Positions 1 to 13,701 of a DNA stretch of 64,000 bases are shown here, one piece after another. A program made the position numbers and the translations under genes. The number at the start of each line of letters is the position of its first letter. Position 1 is the first letter of the stretch. The notes beneath the pieces are model-generated. The model had not been told where the DNA came from, did no database searches, and worked only from the letters and a program-made list of their open reading frames with translations. This DNA is from Eledone cirrhosa (Eukaryota). The stretch is taken from positions 58,404,001-58,468,000 of the forward strand of contig OZ024748.1 of the NCBI GenBank assembly GCA_964016885.1. Reading direction: 5' to 3'.

Positions 1-81
1 GGTTTAGAACTGCAACATAACGGAATTTACTGACCAATATCTCATCTCTTATACGACGTCATTTGCTGATGAGGAAGGAAT

Positions 82-400
82 CTAATACAGTTGTAAACTA
101 CATCCAATATATGTTACTGAAATATATATCCTATGATAAAATGACGTCCATATTCTAAGTATTGTTTCCAAGTAGGAGCTAATATGATTGCTTCTCAGAT
201 AACATGCATGGATAATCAAATAGTATTCAACTGAATTAAAAGGAAAACATAAAATTTCTAGACACATAAACCTCTCAATCACTATTATTATCATTTTCGT
301 CGGTGCAGTTTCAGTTATAGATACTTCATCATCTGAAACACTTAAACTTTCAAAATATTTAGCTTTTCTTGAACTAGAAATTACCCAGAAACATATATAC
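82..400 (-). pseudogene. Possible decayed exon, C-terminal half of an F-type lectin/galactose-binding domain
   Basis: FESLSVSD...TKMIIIVIER..LEILC...VEYY...GCSLQLY loosely fits the molluscan FSV.VS...GRYVI..NER..LELCEVEVYGC pattern; same strand as the other remnants. Confidence 0.25.
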
Positions 401-598
401 ATATGTTTCATAGAAGACAATTGCAATCTTGAATGTCCAATAATATTATTTACTTATCAAATCCGATGGTTAAATGATAAATGAATAGAGTATTACATGA
501 CATAGACTGTCAATTACATTTATTCCTTAGGAATTGTCAATGCCCTGATGGCCTTTTCAAATAACGCCACTTGTATACGTAAGTATATGTTGTCTGCA

Positions 599-600
<2 letters not shown>

Positions 601-646
<46 letters not shown>
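601..646. repeat. (TA)n microsatellite
   Basis: Direct reading. Confidence 0.95.
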
Positions 647-649
<3 letters not shown>

Positions 650-2413
650 TGTGTGTATGTTTAAATAGCTCTGGTAATATTTATGCTTGTGGGAGCGATA
701 ACTTATTTAATATATGGATTTAGCTCACATGTTAAGGAATGATTCATGAACGTGTTCGTATAATTTCTTATAAAGATATATAAGATGTCAAATAATTATT
801 TGGAGTGTGTTATGATTTAGTCACTGACTCTTAAAATTCTAACTACTGAGGTATTTTGCAGTGTTTAGAAGTGTGATCGCATCCTTAATTTGGAAATACA
901 AAATGACAGCTGTCTAATAAATACTATTTCGGCATCTACACACATGCGCGCATTTTATTCATGAATGACCCTGTTTCAGACTATGATCTAATAAAATAAC
1001 GAAGAAATAGGTGACCGTTTTCCTTGCGAGCACATCCTTATGTTATTAACGAAATAGATAGTTGTGTGAAACGATTCCTGTACCTCACTTAATCGTAGGA
1101 ATAAACGTTTAAATTCATTCTAAAAAAGGTGATCAGAAGTTCTGAGAGGAATAAAACTAGTTTATATATTTAACTCAGACATATGGCCGTAAAGGTTAGT
1201 AATGTATTGATGCGGATTAAATCAAATTTGTTAATCGTTTTCATATTTTTATATTTGTGTCTATTTTCATATTTTGTCGATTTGTATTTATATTAATGAC
1301 TAGCAATGCGATGTTGGGGTGTTTCGAACTCGGAACATAAAATTGTCTAACTACATACTTCAAAAACAATTTTATAGTTCACTTCTGTTGTTTACGCTCC
1401 GACGATCTAACTAAACTAATTCAGCAATCTAAAGTTTCAGTCTCCGCATCAGTTCCTATTATCTCTAACATAATACGCAACTTCAATTAACAATTTATTA
1501 TGTTCAAATAAATAAATGCGAAGCGCATCTGTCGTTTGTTTAATGGAAATAGTTATTATTCCCATTACAAGACGGGAAGTTGCATCTCTTTCTGAAGTCA
1601 ATTTTCAAAAGTTATTTGCTTCAAATTTATAATGGTTTAACGCCAACAATACCAATAGGGAATTTATCCCATATTCCCGCCATTATCGTTCGCTCCTCTA
1701 TATTAACAAAGAAAATATTCATTGTTGGTTTGCTATTTGCAAATATTTCATTTAGATTACAATACACTTTAAAACCATGAAATTCATGTTACATTTTGTG
1801 GGATTAGAGACGGGGGGATTTTTTTCGTTAAGATCTAAGAGAAAATTATTAGTTAATTGAATTTGAATTAAGAGAGAAGTTAGTGTGTACTCATTAGGAC
1901 TGCTCTATTGTCTTGATGTACTGAGCTAAATGTTGCAATAATCATCATCATTCGCAGCACACCCAAATTATATATCATTTTCTGTCTAAACTGGGACCCG
2001 CTCTCTGCAAACACGTCAAAAATAGAAATACTATATATGTGAATATGTAATCATTTTAATTTATATTTTTTGGACCAATTTGTTCAATTTTATGACGTAT
2101 GAACTGTACCTCAAAGAATTAATTCCTGATGAAATATGAAATATCTAAACGTAATTTGAGTAAATTGAGATTATAAATGTATTTGTTCTTCCAAATATAT
2201 TGCGGAGATGATTACTTAAATGGAGTAATACCGAGTCACTGACGTTACGTTGTTTGGAAATATGTATAATTATAAAGCAGTCGATGCTTTGAAGTTGATT
2301 TCAGAAAGCATAAAACAGTAACAAAAATCATGTTGGGAAATTACTCATAAGAATTTATAAATATATTTCCCTTATGTTTAAAAACATCTGGTGAATTAAT
2401 TTAAGAGCAGTAA

Positions 2414-2415
<2 letters not shown>

Positions 2416-2503
<88 letters not shown>
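2416..2503. repeat. (CA)n microsatellite
   Basis: Direct reading. Confidence 0.95.
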
Positions 2504-2508
<5 letters not shown>

Positions 2509-2579
2509 TGTCTTATATATATATATATTTGAAAAAAAGGAAAAGAATGTCTTCACTTGTGTTAAAACATTCTTGCTTT

Positions 2580-2660
2580 AATTTTATAATATTATAATAT
2601 TATGAGTTGGTAAATCTAGACTGGATCTACTAACTCATAATATTATAATATTATAAAATT
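2580..2660. repeat. ~80 bp imperfect palindrome
   Basis: aattttataatattataatattatgagttggtaaatctag pairs with ctggatctactaactcataatattataatattataaaatt. Confidence 0.85.
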
Positions 2661-3427
2661 AAATCAAATGTTTTAACACCAGTGAAGTCTTTCATTTCTT
2701 TTTTTTCAAATATACCTAACTGTACCAAGGATCTCACACATTTTCCAATATATATATATGGGTGGATATATGTACGTTTTTCTATAAATATGTATGTAAG
2801 TGTGTATGTGGAAAGGGAATTGACAGTTAAGCATCCATAGGGGTCATGCATGTACATTTGCAATCCTGGGCCAATACTGTGGGCTTACAATCTCAATCTA
2901 AAAATGAAAGCCTGAGGAGTTCAAAGAATATTCCTTAATCGTTTATCATTTAATGGCAAGGGTGTGTTAAGTTCAAACGTAGATAAATAAAAACTATTCA
3001 CTAGAGGTTTATTGAATTCTTCATAAGTTGATCACAACTAATACGATTTATTGTTGTCAGTATATATATTAGATTTAGTAGGAGAATTTAAAAGCTAATA
3101 TTTTCTGAAGATGGCACTGAACCACATTTATTACCGTGGTGTTAGCATCTATTAAATGGGTCTAGGAACTCGACAAGTATTTATCGTATAGATACCGACA
3201 TAATTTCAAGTCGGAAACATGAAGTCTTCTAGAAGAAAACGAAAAATATATTTCTTGTATGCCAAAATATTATACTGGCGCACAAAATGTTAAGAAAGTA
3301 TTACAAAATGTTCAACCTAGTTCATACAACTTCATAAGAAATTCCACTACAGGGTCTTTTGAATATTAAATATGGATAATGCTTGAGAAGCTGCACGTTA
3401 TGCGTATTTCATCTTTTTAAATAGTGA

Positions 3428-3575
3428 GATCTCCAGGGGCTTGACATCTCATTGGAGGATCCAGAAGAGCTTACACAGGACCGCCAGCGATGGAACTTGT
3501 CGGTTCCTCGTGACGATGCTTTGGAATTGCTGGCTTAGGATATCCCCGGCCTCGTCGAGCAAGAGCAAGAAGCAG
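3428..3575 (+). mobile_element. RTE-type LINE 3' end fragment
   Basis: Translates DLQGLDISLEDPEELTQDRQRWNLSV, typical RTE ORF C-terminus (DR..W). Confidence 0.55.
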
Positions 3576-3670
3576 AAAAATACAGATGCATGCAACTGAA
3601 TTATACCATATACTGATTTGAGTTGTAAATATGAATCATAGTAGTTGTCACAATGTACACATCCATTATA

Positions 3671-3749
3671 CAGGGTGTCCCTAAAGCCCGTATACAATTT
3701 AAAGTACTTGTATTACTTTAAATTTCACGAGGACATTATAGAACCACTG
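3671..3749. mobile_element. Tiny Tc1/mariner-type MITE
   Basis: TA|CAGGGTGTCC...GGACA...CTG|TA with internal palindrome aatttaaagta/tactttaaatt. Confidence 0.5.
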
Positions 3750-5055
3750 TATCTGTCAGATTTCCAATATATAGTCCTTTTGTACTACTTCGAAATTATA
3801 CGATTGAAACATTACTGACTTCCTCAGGGTAGAGAATGAACATTGATAGGGAAATTCACTGTGATAGCCACTATTGGCAATTTCTTTTTCATTTTTATCG
3901 TGGAGAAACTGTACTATTGACAGTAGGACAGGCGATAAGTAGCACATCATATTTATCGTATATAGGACATTTTAAAGTGTGTTTTTGTTACTATTATTCA
4001 ATCGTATTTATAGAATATAATAGGATTCAAATTGTATACAATATACCTATCAAGGTCACGAGAAGCTAAGATACCATTTGAAATAACAATACAATCCCTC
4101 TATCAAATTGAGGAGAATATATTACAACCCAAAAGAAAGTCACATGAAGATTTTTAAAATGACGTTTGTCAAGTGGAGGGTGATTGAGGTTTTGGAGATA
4201 ATGATTGTGGTAATGAGGTTGGTTCTGTCTCTAGTCATTGTCTTGGACACGTTAAATGTGGTTGGTGGGGGTACAAGTGATTGTGGGGTGTTTGATTGCT
4301 ATAGTGGTTCTAATGGATGAACAGCTTCTAAAAAGACGGAATTAATGTCCAGCGGCACTTTCAGTTTGTGAGTACGGCACTCGCCTGGCATCTACTAGAT
4401 GCCGGTTTCAATTCATTTCGGGCGTCGATCAAGATTTCCCATTCTCCAGAGGCATGTTGCTCAATTTGTGCAACTACTATTTATAATGGTAACATATTAT
4501 TATCGTCCTTTGCATTCGGACGGACACATTTCAAATGGGGGGAAAATATCTAAACAATATCTCTCTACTCATATACAAATTACATCAAGCCCTTAAGTGC
4601 GACGTAAACTAAAGTCGATATTTATTAATGTAAAGCTTTTAATTTTTCTTATTTTCTTTTTTTTTCTCAAGTTCTCACCTGAAATGTTCATCACTTTAAC
4701 ACCTAATTCGTATCATGTTGCACCCTTGAGACATTTTTTGCTTTTATTTGTTTTCTTTCGCAACTCAACACAAAGTGATGTATAGCTTTCTTTAAATATA
4801 ATATTTCAGCAAAATATATATTATCTGTAGTGTGTTCAAATTGTAGTAATTGTTTTTCGTAGGTTCTGTCAAGCCTTACTAGCCAATTTGAGTATTACTA
4901 TAATATATTACTACGACGGGTCGGCTTTTGACATTTATTATCTGTTTTTCTATTTATCACCATTTTATAAATTAAACAAATACCTATATAATATTCCGTT
5001 CTGTAACCTCCTGTATTCGATGTAATCTAATTGCAGTTTTCCATACCGGATAGGT

Positions 5056-5238
5056 AATAATTGTTTCTACTTTTGGAACACAGCCAGCAATTATCCAGTG
5101 CAATACTGGTACTTTATTTTATCGACCCCATAAGGATGAAGGTCAAAGGTAACCTCGACGGGATTTGAACTCAGTCCGTAAAGGGGCGTAACTATGCTGA
5201 AAACCATGGCGTCCGAGCTTCTACCCATACTGTCAATT
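5056..5238 (-). mobile_element. tRNA-headed SINE (Meta-domain-like core), near full length
   Basis: B-box gagttcaaatccc, core ctt(t)catcctta..gggtcgataaaataaagtaccag, tail aaagtagaaacaattatt. Confidence 0.85.
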
Positions 5239-5650
5239 GGATGTAATAATGTTCTCACGTATTTTCCTATCAATGAATTTTATTTGGTGTAAATGTTTTA
5301 TTCCACTATCAACCGGATCGTTCTAGGAAATACAAAAGGACAGTTCTTTAATAAATACTAGACATTCCTATTTGATCATTTATTTAGAATACAAACCTGG
5401 TTCCAATTATTTATGTATAACATACAATTTCTAGTGTTTAGTAACAAACTAATAATGATTAAACTTGTATAATATTTGCATCCAAGTCCATATCATACTA
5501 ATTAAACCTCTGGAGCAAGCTTATTTGATATTCAAATGGAAATTGAATATCCCGCACTTAATATATATTAGTATTTTCATAATTTATTCCTTTTCAGTAT
5601 ATACAGGTTTGAACGTCATTACCTCATGGCGTGTTTACTCTAATTACATA

Positions 5651-5743
5651 TAATTGTTTCTACTGTTGGCACAATAAGAGCTTTTACCCAGTACATTACT
5701 GGTACTTTATTTTATCGACCCCGAAAGGATGAAAGACAAAGTT
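5651..5743 (-). mobile_element. Same SINE, 3' part
   Basis: ggtactttattttatcgaccccgaaaggatgaaag. Confidence 0.8.
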
Positions 5744-6212
5744 ATAATAGTTCTACCTTTGTTTTGACTAACGCTTCCGAGATTAACATGTGGAGAAAAG
5801 CCTTTATATTGGCTCGTCAAGAATGAAATTCGTAGAGAATTCTAGAAAAAAATACAAATTCTACAAATTTCATACTTGACGACCCAATATTTTTCAGGCA
5901 CTCAATCCATACATTATTCCTCTTTTTACATTCGACCCTTACTGCTTTGTCATTCAGAAATTGATCTTTATAGGCAAATGAGACTTTAAAAATATGTACT
6001 TTGTTTATCTTGAAAGAGGTAAAGTTTTCTGATATATGTTTATGACCCGCGGTATTATTACAACCTTGTTAACTAATGTTGCGGGTGTGGCGTTTCAGGG
6101 TGGTATGTTACTTGAGGTTAGGGAATACACATGATTGTCTCATCAGTAAATCAAACATGGTTCACTTCGAATAAGTATAATAATAATAATAACAATAATA
6201 ATAATAATAATA

Positions 6213-7130
6213 ATGCTCAGAATTCTACCGAAGGAGAGGACAATAGACCAGGGGATGTATAAGGAGGAAATAACAACAAGGAGAAAGAGCAGCCTTCATG
6301 AAAAATCCCTTCATAGTACCTTCTTTGACAAAACTGAATTCAGAGATCCACAGACATGGAACTGGTTGAAAAGAGGAGACCTTAAAAAGGCTACAGAAGG
6401 AATGCTAATGGCTGCGCAAGAGGAGGCCCTCAAAACGAAGTGGTTGAAACACCATATTTACAAGGAGGAGGCTAGCCCACTGTGCAGGATCTGTGGAGAG
6501 AGAGGAGACTGTGGCTCACATTGTATCCGAGTGTAAACACCTAGCCCAGACTCACTATAAGGGCTGGAGACATGGTGTGATGGGCAGGGTGATCCACTGG
6601 CACCTATGCAAAGTAAACAATTTACCACATTCTGAGAAGTGGTATGAGCATAAGCCAGAGTCGGTGATAGAAAACGATCAGATGAAGGTGCTGTGGTATT
6701 TTAGGATACAGACGGACAAGAAACTGGAACACAATAGACCTGACCTGGTGGTTTTGGACAAGGAAAAAAGATCGTGTCTGATTGTGGATGTGGCCTGCCC
6801 ATTCGACACGAGAGTGCAAAAGAAGGAGAGGGAGAAAATTAACCGATACCAGGACTTAAAGTGGGATATAAAATGGATTTGGAACTGCCATGAAGTCAAA
6901 GTGGTCCCGATTGTCATAGGCGCACTAGGTACTATCTCAAAAAGTTTCCAGGGATGGTTAAAGAAAATTGGCCCCGCCACACTTTTTGGAACGCTTCAAA
7001 AGGCATGCTTGCTGGGGACAGCAAGAACCCTCCGATACGTCCTCAATATCTGAGGCTTCAGGTAGTGGCTTGATATTCATTTCAACAAACTTTCCAGTTA
7101 ACTAACATCAATGACTGAGACTGAAAGAAC
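6213..7130 (+). mobile_element. 5'-truncated R4/Dong-clade LINE (CCHC knuckle + restriction-like endonuclease), frameshifted
   Basis: CRICGE/REETVAHIVSEC, RH..M, RPDLV..IVDVACP..EKINRY, VPIVIGALG; (TAA)n on both sides (6178-6212, 7131-7155); frameshift in GA run near 6500. Confidence 0.85.
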
Positions 7131-7159
7131 AATAATAATAATAATAATAATAATATGAG

Positions 7160-8050
7160 CCACAGAAAAAACATGGCTGTAACGTTTTAGTGATCCCAGT
7201 GTTGATCGAATCATTTGGATGCATATTGGACACTTTTGAGGACTGTTTAAATAAAAATTCTAACAAACGAAAGAAATTGATCAGAATGGGAAACACTGAA
7301 TTAAATATTTTCGACAAGACTAAGTTTAATTTGTCTAAGCTCTATGAACTATGGGTCAGATAAGCTACGCGTATGCTCCATTAAGTAAAAACCATAAATA
7401 CATAAAACCAAAAAGAAAAATAAAGATGATGGAAGGAGATGATCAAGAAAGCACTTGAACTAATAAGAAGAGAAACATTGAATTCTGAGAAATTCAACAA
7501 TATGACAATACAACAAACACTGAAAGGAAGAAGACATTGTGGCCTAACTAAAATAGAAAACATCCCATTAATCAAAGAAACAATTTACAAAGAGAATACA
7601 GGCCAAAGACGAATGTGTAAAAAGATTTAAGAAATATAAAAACTGTTTTGGCCAAAACACTTTATATAAAACCTATACAATTTATAAATAATAAAACTGC
7701 ACCTGTAAATATGTCAATCAGCAACAAAACCGCATCAGGCTATGTCAGCGTGTAAAATATATCTCGTATCATGTGATTGTAGAAATCACAACACAAAAGA
7801 AAATAAATATATGGTTTAGAGGATTTCATTTCTGAAAAAGGTTAACGCTGCTAGTGACAAACTATTGCAGGAAATAGCTTGATACATTGCACAACACCTC
7901 AACATTTATGACACATTAATATAAAAAGTCACTAAAAGATAAAGAAATAGACTTTAGTTAATTAAGCCAAACACAGACGCGGATATTAACAAGCGAAAGC
8001 ACAATGCACACAAAGGGGTGGAATAGTTAGGAAGGTAAATTGCAGCCCCA
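7160..8050 (+). mobile_element. Heavily decayed Penelope-like linker/GIY-YIG remnant
   Basis: IFDKTKFNLS, RHCGLTKIENIPLIKETIYK and ISYHVIVEITT fragments parallel the 59.7 kb ORF. Confidence 0.4.
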
Positions 8051-8389
8051 ATAGATTACCAGTCAAAGGAGATGTATATGCTAAAAATAAGGCGACAGTT
8101 ATCGATGTTGTAGCAGTCCTAGTAATAATCGATAGTTGGAATTACTCTCAACGCGAATTTAAGTTATTTTGCAAGACCAGACAGTAAAACTAAACAAAAA
8201 TAATAATTTCAATGAGAATGGGCCAGCCCAATGATATTTTAGAAATATTAAATGTATTACAAATATAAATAGATAGAGTTATTCTTTGACTTAACAACTA
8301 TTGTGAAATGTCTATTGGCAGGACTAGAATTGTCTAGTAAATAGAAAATAGAAATTAATACAAATAGCCACAGAATAACAATAAATCAA

Positions 8390-8560
8390 GTACAATGAGG
8401 CCTGTCTTCCTTGAAGACAGCAAATATAAAACATAGTTTTAGGTATCACAATGTATATGTGCTACATATTTTCAGTTTGATGCACTGGATATTATTTGTC
8501 ACATTATGACAACCCACATGAGAAATATATTTCAGACAATAAATAATTTATATTATAATC
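8390..8560 (-). pseudogene. Decayed EGF-repeat coding remnant
   Basis: Fragments GLS*CDK*YPVH and CCLQG..G.HCT across frameshifts. Confidence 0.3.
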
Positions 8561-8630
8561 TTGCATTCATTGAGGTGCCAGAGAATATTGTCATTTCAAT
8601 ATCTATAACTATACAGATATAGAATAACTA

Positions 8631-8846
8631 GCTGTTTCTGATTTAGGCATAACGCCAAAAATTCTGGAGAAGGGAATGTCGATTAAATCGGTGCCAATGC
8701 GTTACTAGTACTTTATTTTCTCGATCCTGTAAGGATGAAAGGCAAAACAAACCTCAGCATGATTGAAGCTCCGAACGCAAAGGGAAGTAACTATATGCCG
8801 CAAAGCATGTTTTCCACATCTTGCAATACTGCCAATCAACCGCCCT
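8631..8846 (-). mobile_element. Diverged SINE copy
   Basis: tactttattttctcgatcctgtaaggatgaaaggcaaa ... atactgccaatcaaccgccc. Confidence 0.7.
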
Positions 8847-9844
8847 TAGATATATACGTAGTAATGAATTAATTAATAATCATAGGTTCTTATTCTTGTT
8901 TATCCTGAACAACAAGTTTAATCCTAGTTTAAATATGTTTTCTTTAAGAGGTTTTCCAATTCTGAAGTGCTTTCGATCCATATAAGCCAAAACCAAAACT
9001 ACCTACAATTAAGGTGTGAATGTATATATTTCAAAAATGATTTTTTTTTTTTAGTTCAGATACAAAATTTATCATCCCGAATTGTATTAATTTCATTATG
9101 AAATTGTTTTAATTGTATTCTTTTTCTCCGGTTCTAACTGATAACTATTTGTTATATGAATTACGAATAACGAATACGAAACCCAGAGGAAAACATGGAA
9201 AATATTCACTTTAAAATTATATTGTACAGAATGAGACTTTAACTTGAAAATTGAATTGTTATACAAATTCAGTTGAAACCATCTATATACTTGTATTTCA
9301 ATTAACACTTTCATTCCTTTAATTTTTCTTTACAAAGACTATGATTTTCAAATAAATTTGAAAGTAATCAGTCTTTTGTGAGAATCTATTAATGTAGCTA
9401 AGTTTTTCGTTATTAATATCGTATTTGAATCAGACTTCAACAGTAGTTTCCATGTACAATTATTACGTATCGTATCATTTTCAAATAAATATAAGCAATT
9501 AAAATATGTAGTTTCGAATAACAGAACTAGCAGCATTTACGTTTCTTTGGTATCAAAATAGCTACGTATGTATGATTTACATTGAAGTATGTGTTATTAA
9601 ATCCGGGATTATGATATGCAGTCAGTGTCGCTCTCAGCGCTCTGACACATGCGTGTCAACACGAGAGATCTGCAATTGGCAAATATTGAATCAACAAATT
9701 GTTTCGACTACTATCTCCCATAGGCGCTCATGTTCATTCACACTATACCCTGTATGCTCAACTGCTCCTGTACACTCCGTCTCTATATATTCTTACAATC
9801 CCCACCAATGCTGACGCACATGTTTGAGTAGTCTTAAATATATG

Positions 9845-10022
9845 ATGCAAATGTTTTACCATACAAATTCTACAAAATAAAGTTCTGGCAGGTGTTTTTT
9901 TCATGATTTCAATCTTAAGTATAGAGACATCCATAACAATGTCTGTTCAGAACGAAGTAGGTTATATCGTTTCTTGATTTGCTCACCCACAAATTAATTT
10001 TAAAAAAAGGCCAGTTGTCATT
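9845..10022 (-). pseudogene. Decayed EGF-laminin-like exon(s)
   Basis: Acceptor ttctacag at 10023 then E*QLAFF*N; downstream HCYGCLYT*D*NHEKNTCQ...LYGKT. Confidence 0.45.
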
Positions 10023-10088
10023 CTGTAGAACATAGGTGATTGAACCGATTAGATTCACAGCTTATTTGTTATTAATATACACACTTAC

Positions 10089-10211
10089 CATTTATAACAT
10101 TTTTCATCTCTATCTCAGTTAAATGTCGCTATTCCTGATGACGCTAACTTAGTAACGAGGGACTACATGATTTATCAAACTGAGAATTGTATTTCCCTCT
10201 GTGACAAGTTA
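10089..10211 (-). pseudogene. Phase 1-1 EGF-repeat exon (123 bp) with two in-frame stops
   Basis: tattttcag| ... ATG|GTAAGT; TCHRGKYNSQFDKSCSPSLLS*RHQE*RHL matches C..G.Y...C...CS..C...C....G.C with Cys losses. Confidence 0.6.
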
Positions 10212-10292
10212 CTGAAAATATATTCTAAATTCAATAACACAGAGAGCCTCGTTTGATTATCGATTAAGAAATAAAGACTTGTTATAATTCAC

Positions 10293-10341
10293 CTGGACAT
10301 TCCATCAGTCTACGTAAAGACGTAGAGGGTCACTCGACATA
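10293..10341 (-). pseudogene. Possible short decayed EGF half-exon
   Basis: ttcccag|..CRVTLY....LMECP..CAG|GTGAAT, with frameshift and stop. Confidence 0.3.
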
Positions 10342-10988
10342 CTGGGAATTAAGAATGCTCTACTACTGACGGAATGGTATATATAGTTTCATAGGTATCA
10401 CATATAGAATTATTTAAAAAGAAAAAGTAATAGGCTTTTCAAATAATGAAAATTGTACTCCAGTATAACATATGACACCCCATGGTAGACATTAGTAAAA
10501 TATTCTAAGGTACATTTACATAGTTCTCTTTTACACACCTTCCAGATGAATTCAATGTCTCATCAATCACTTCAGAATTCTAGTGAAAATAATTTACTCC
10601 ACAATTAACCAGCGTATATTTTGGTTTTTACCTAGATAACAATGACAAGATAATCCATCAAGTTGATTATATTTCCAACAACATTACATAACAAAAACAC
10701 CGTCTGTCTTTCTGTCTACTTTAGTCATATAACACACTATAAAACATTATCTAATCTTCCTAACGGTCTCAACTTTAAACTTTCTAACACTTTTCAATTA
10801 AAACTTCCCAAAAATGTTAACATGAAAATGTTAACAACGTATATCAAGTCCTATCAAGAAATAGCAGCTGAATATCTTATTGTCTTAGGAAATAAACTAT
10901 AAGTAGCATAATGTAGTATCTTATATAAAACATACGTTATGCCCTGCGAGTTGGTATACTGTGCGTGGTCGTATGTTCTCTGTAGTGT

Positions 10989-11800
10989 TGGGGCCGGATT
11001 TAGACCTTGGGCGTCCGGAGAACTTCAGGTTGGGGGGAGGGGAGGGCATCATACATACAAATTAGAATACACAGCAAAACCCCAACTTTACATATTAACC
11101 TCGGCTTGGCGTAAATAATTGGAATTGAAGAAAAATACAATTACAGATATTACATTCTAAAAGAATCTAGCCTTCCTCAATTTACGTCTACTTTCCACTC
11201 TGGCGTTATTCCCTGTAGCAAATGATTTTTTATCAAAGCTGTGTTCCCTGTAGAAACTGCATGATTCGGAAAGCCATCATCTAAATATAGAAATATCCTT
11301 TTTAACTAGCTCTTATAATTACTAATCTTATCAATAGTAAACCTAGTAAATTCTCTAACGATTCAGCCTCTCCAAAAGTATTGTACCTCTTCAGTAAAGG
11401 ACGACTCTGGCATCGAGGAAAGATAATTTTATTGGCTTGATTATATGAAAAACTTCAGGATTTTTCAGAATGTTTTGGCATATATATAAATCAAAATGAA
11501 TTTAGCCAGTTAGATAGGAATCATATACGGGTTAATTCAAGGGAGTTAACTGCTGATAATCATTACATGTTCTGGTTTTGTCTCTTTTTTCATATAAATA
11601 TTAAAACTAAATCAAACCTCAAAACAGATTAATAATTTGAGTCAAAATACCGTTGCATGACTGCATCAATCTGATAACATAGTATTTCCGTATTAGGAGT
11701 ATTTTGATTCTCTTTCTCCATTAACATATTTTTCAACAATAATTCCTGCTATCTGCCTAAGCTAACACATTCTTCATCTACCAAACACAGCGATCAGGTT
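10989..11800 (-). mobile_element. hAT-type transposon remnant
   Basis: ggggccggatttag terminus-like motif; minus-strand fragments KILKFFI, IFP, EAES, RKARFF resemble a hAT dimerisation domain. Confidence 0.35.
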
Positions 11801-12041
11801 TATATTTTTGCAATTTTCATTTATTAAAGCAGTAGACATAATTATATTTCTAAGAATGAATCTGGGAATATGTTTCGTGTTTACAATTCAGCCCGAGTGT
11901 AACGTTAATATTTTATGAGTGAGGTTAACGTCTGGTTTTTATTGCTCTGTCCATCGATCACATTATATTATAGAGAACGCACATGAGAATAAAAACTATT
12001 CGTTATTTCCATTAATGCTCTCTCTCATTTTAAGTAAAAGA

Positions 12042-12149
12042 TAATTGTTTCTACTTTAGGCACAAGGCCATCAATTACCCAGTACATTACTGGTACTTTA
12101 TTTTATCGACCCCGTAAGGATGAAAGGCAAAGTCAACCTCGGCGGGATT
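12042..12149 (-). mobile_element. SINE 3' half
   Basis: Core and tail match the family. Confidence 0.85.
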
Positions 12150-13701
12150 AAAGATAATGTGTTCGTTTAAGATGCGCATAATCATAAAACGTGTATATTC
12201 CCCTCCCCTCCCGTTTTCACTCCAAGCTTTAATGCCATTTTTGTCACATATTCTAATTAGAAACACGATATTTCAGATTCATTAGGTAATATTTATGAAG
12301 ATATTCCGGACAACATTCCATAGATTATAACTATGAGAGACGGCCAACAGATCTGTAGGCTGTTCTTGAAGGATTGATGATTGAGCTGTGAAATATTGCA
12401 TGCAATTATTTCAACTTTTTATTAATAACTGCATTATGACTTTCTAGAGACTATGTTAAAGAAATAAAAATCATTTGGTCACTTCATGAGAGTATCTTGG
12501 CCAGCCTATACGCATTTGAGCCGACTTACGAATATATATTAACGATTGTAAGGATTCCTTCAAGATGCAGGTAGATATGTCCAGAGATAATTAAAGAATT
12601 GATAACTTCTGGCGGAGGCGATCATTCCATTTATACGATTTCAACGCTTGTTCTTTACAGCTCGAATCGAGGATGAAATAAATATATTACCCTCCTTATA
12701 TAGGCAAAGAAATGTATCAAGTGTATTATTTTAGATGTTGTATCTCATTAAATATTGTCTACAAAGGAATCGTATACTAAATTGTTATAGATAATGAGTT
12801 TCATATGTCGACTCATACAACTATGTTATTAAAGTGGAACGGAAACAAAATAAAAACGATGATGTGCATTCTATTTTCGTTTGACGTTTAGAAAAATTAT
12901 AGTTTTAGATTTTCGTAATATATATGTCTAGAAGAAATAAATAACTCCCAAACGTACATTTGTCTATCGAAACATTTTTTCTGGCGTCTGTACAATAGGT
13001 GATTTATCGACAGATAATCATCAGATGAATCGTAGGCGGAAATATGATATATTAATAAACACAGATTTCTAGATAGAAACAAATTCAATTTAATATTACT
13101 TTATCTTAGAAAATAAAAAACAAAACAGACCTTTGCACAAAATGGCATTTAAAGATTGAAATATTACTGATAACTTGCAGTGAAATTCATATCATTTATA
13201 TCATTTATTTTCAGCAATCTCTAACTGCTGGGGATGCAAACGTATATGTTGTGCTGACCTCTGAATATATATTAATTTTTTTTAAAATGGCCAAGACAGA
13301 CGAATTTAGTGGTACCCAAATAAAATTAATCGTAGGAAATGTCTACCTTATATCACGTTACAACTTATCAAACATTGTTATTTTCCGTATTTAATTTATA
13401 TTCATAGATGTCTAAAAATACTCACATAAAATGAATTACCCAACTAATCATTTATATTTGAACGTTCACAGATACATGATCAATCATAGGAAATGTAGTT
13501 TCCCTTATATATAAATATATATATATATACGACATGGTGTGTTTTCTTACAGTGTACCTTCGGTTTATGATAATATTTTTATATTATTCAAATAGCGAGG
13601 TATAGGTAACCCATACACTATAGAAACAATTGTTACCTAATATATTCTGTATACCCGCATTTCCATTTCATAAACTTCTTCTCTATATATATTTTTTTTT
13701 C

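Noticed and set aside
55-148. CTGATGA...GAAA-tatata-TC flanked by gacgtcattt/aaatgacgtc
   Set aside because: Stem II barely pairs and stem I needs a 7-nt bulge next to the core; may be chance or a very old copy
82-426. ORF with IVIERF resembling a GPCR DRY-region
   Set aside because: No series of TM helices; fits the lectin-remnant reading at least as well
2121-2160. CTGATGA-aatat-GAAA motif
   Set aside because: No stem II and no UH triplet
10131-10190. attc-CTGATGA HHR-like start
   Set aside because: No GAAA; lies within the antisense of the EGF pseudo-exon
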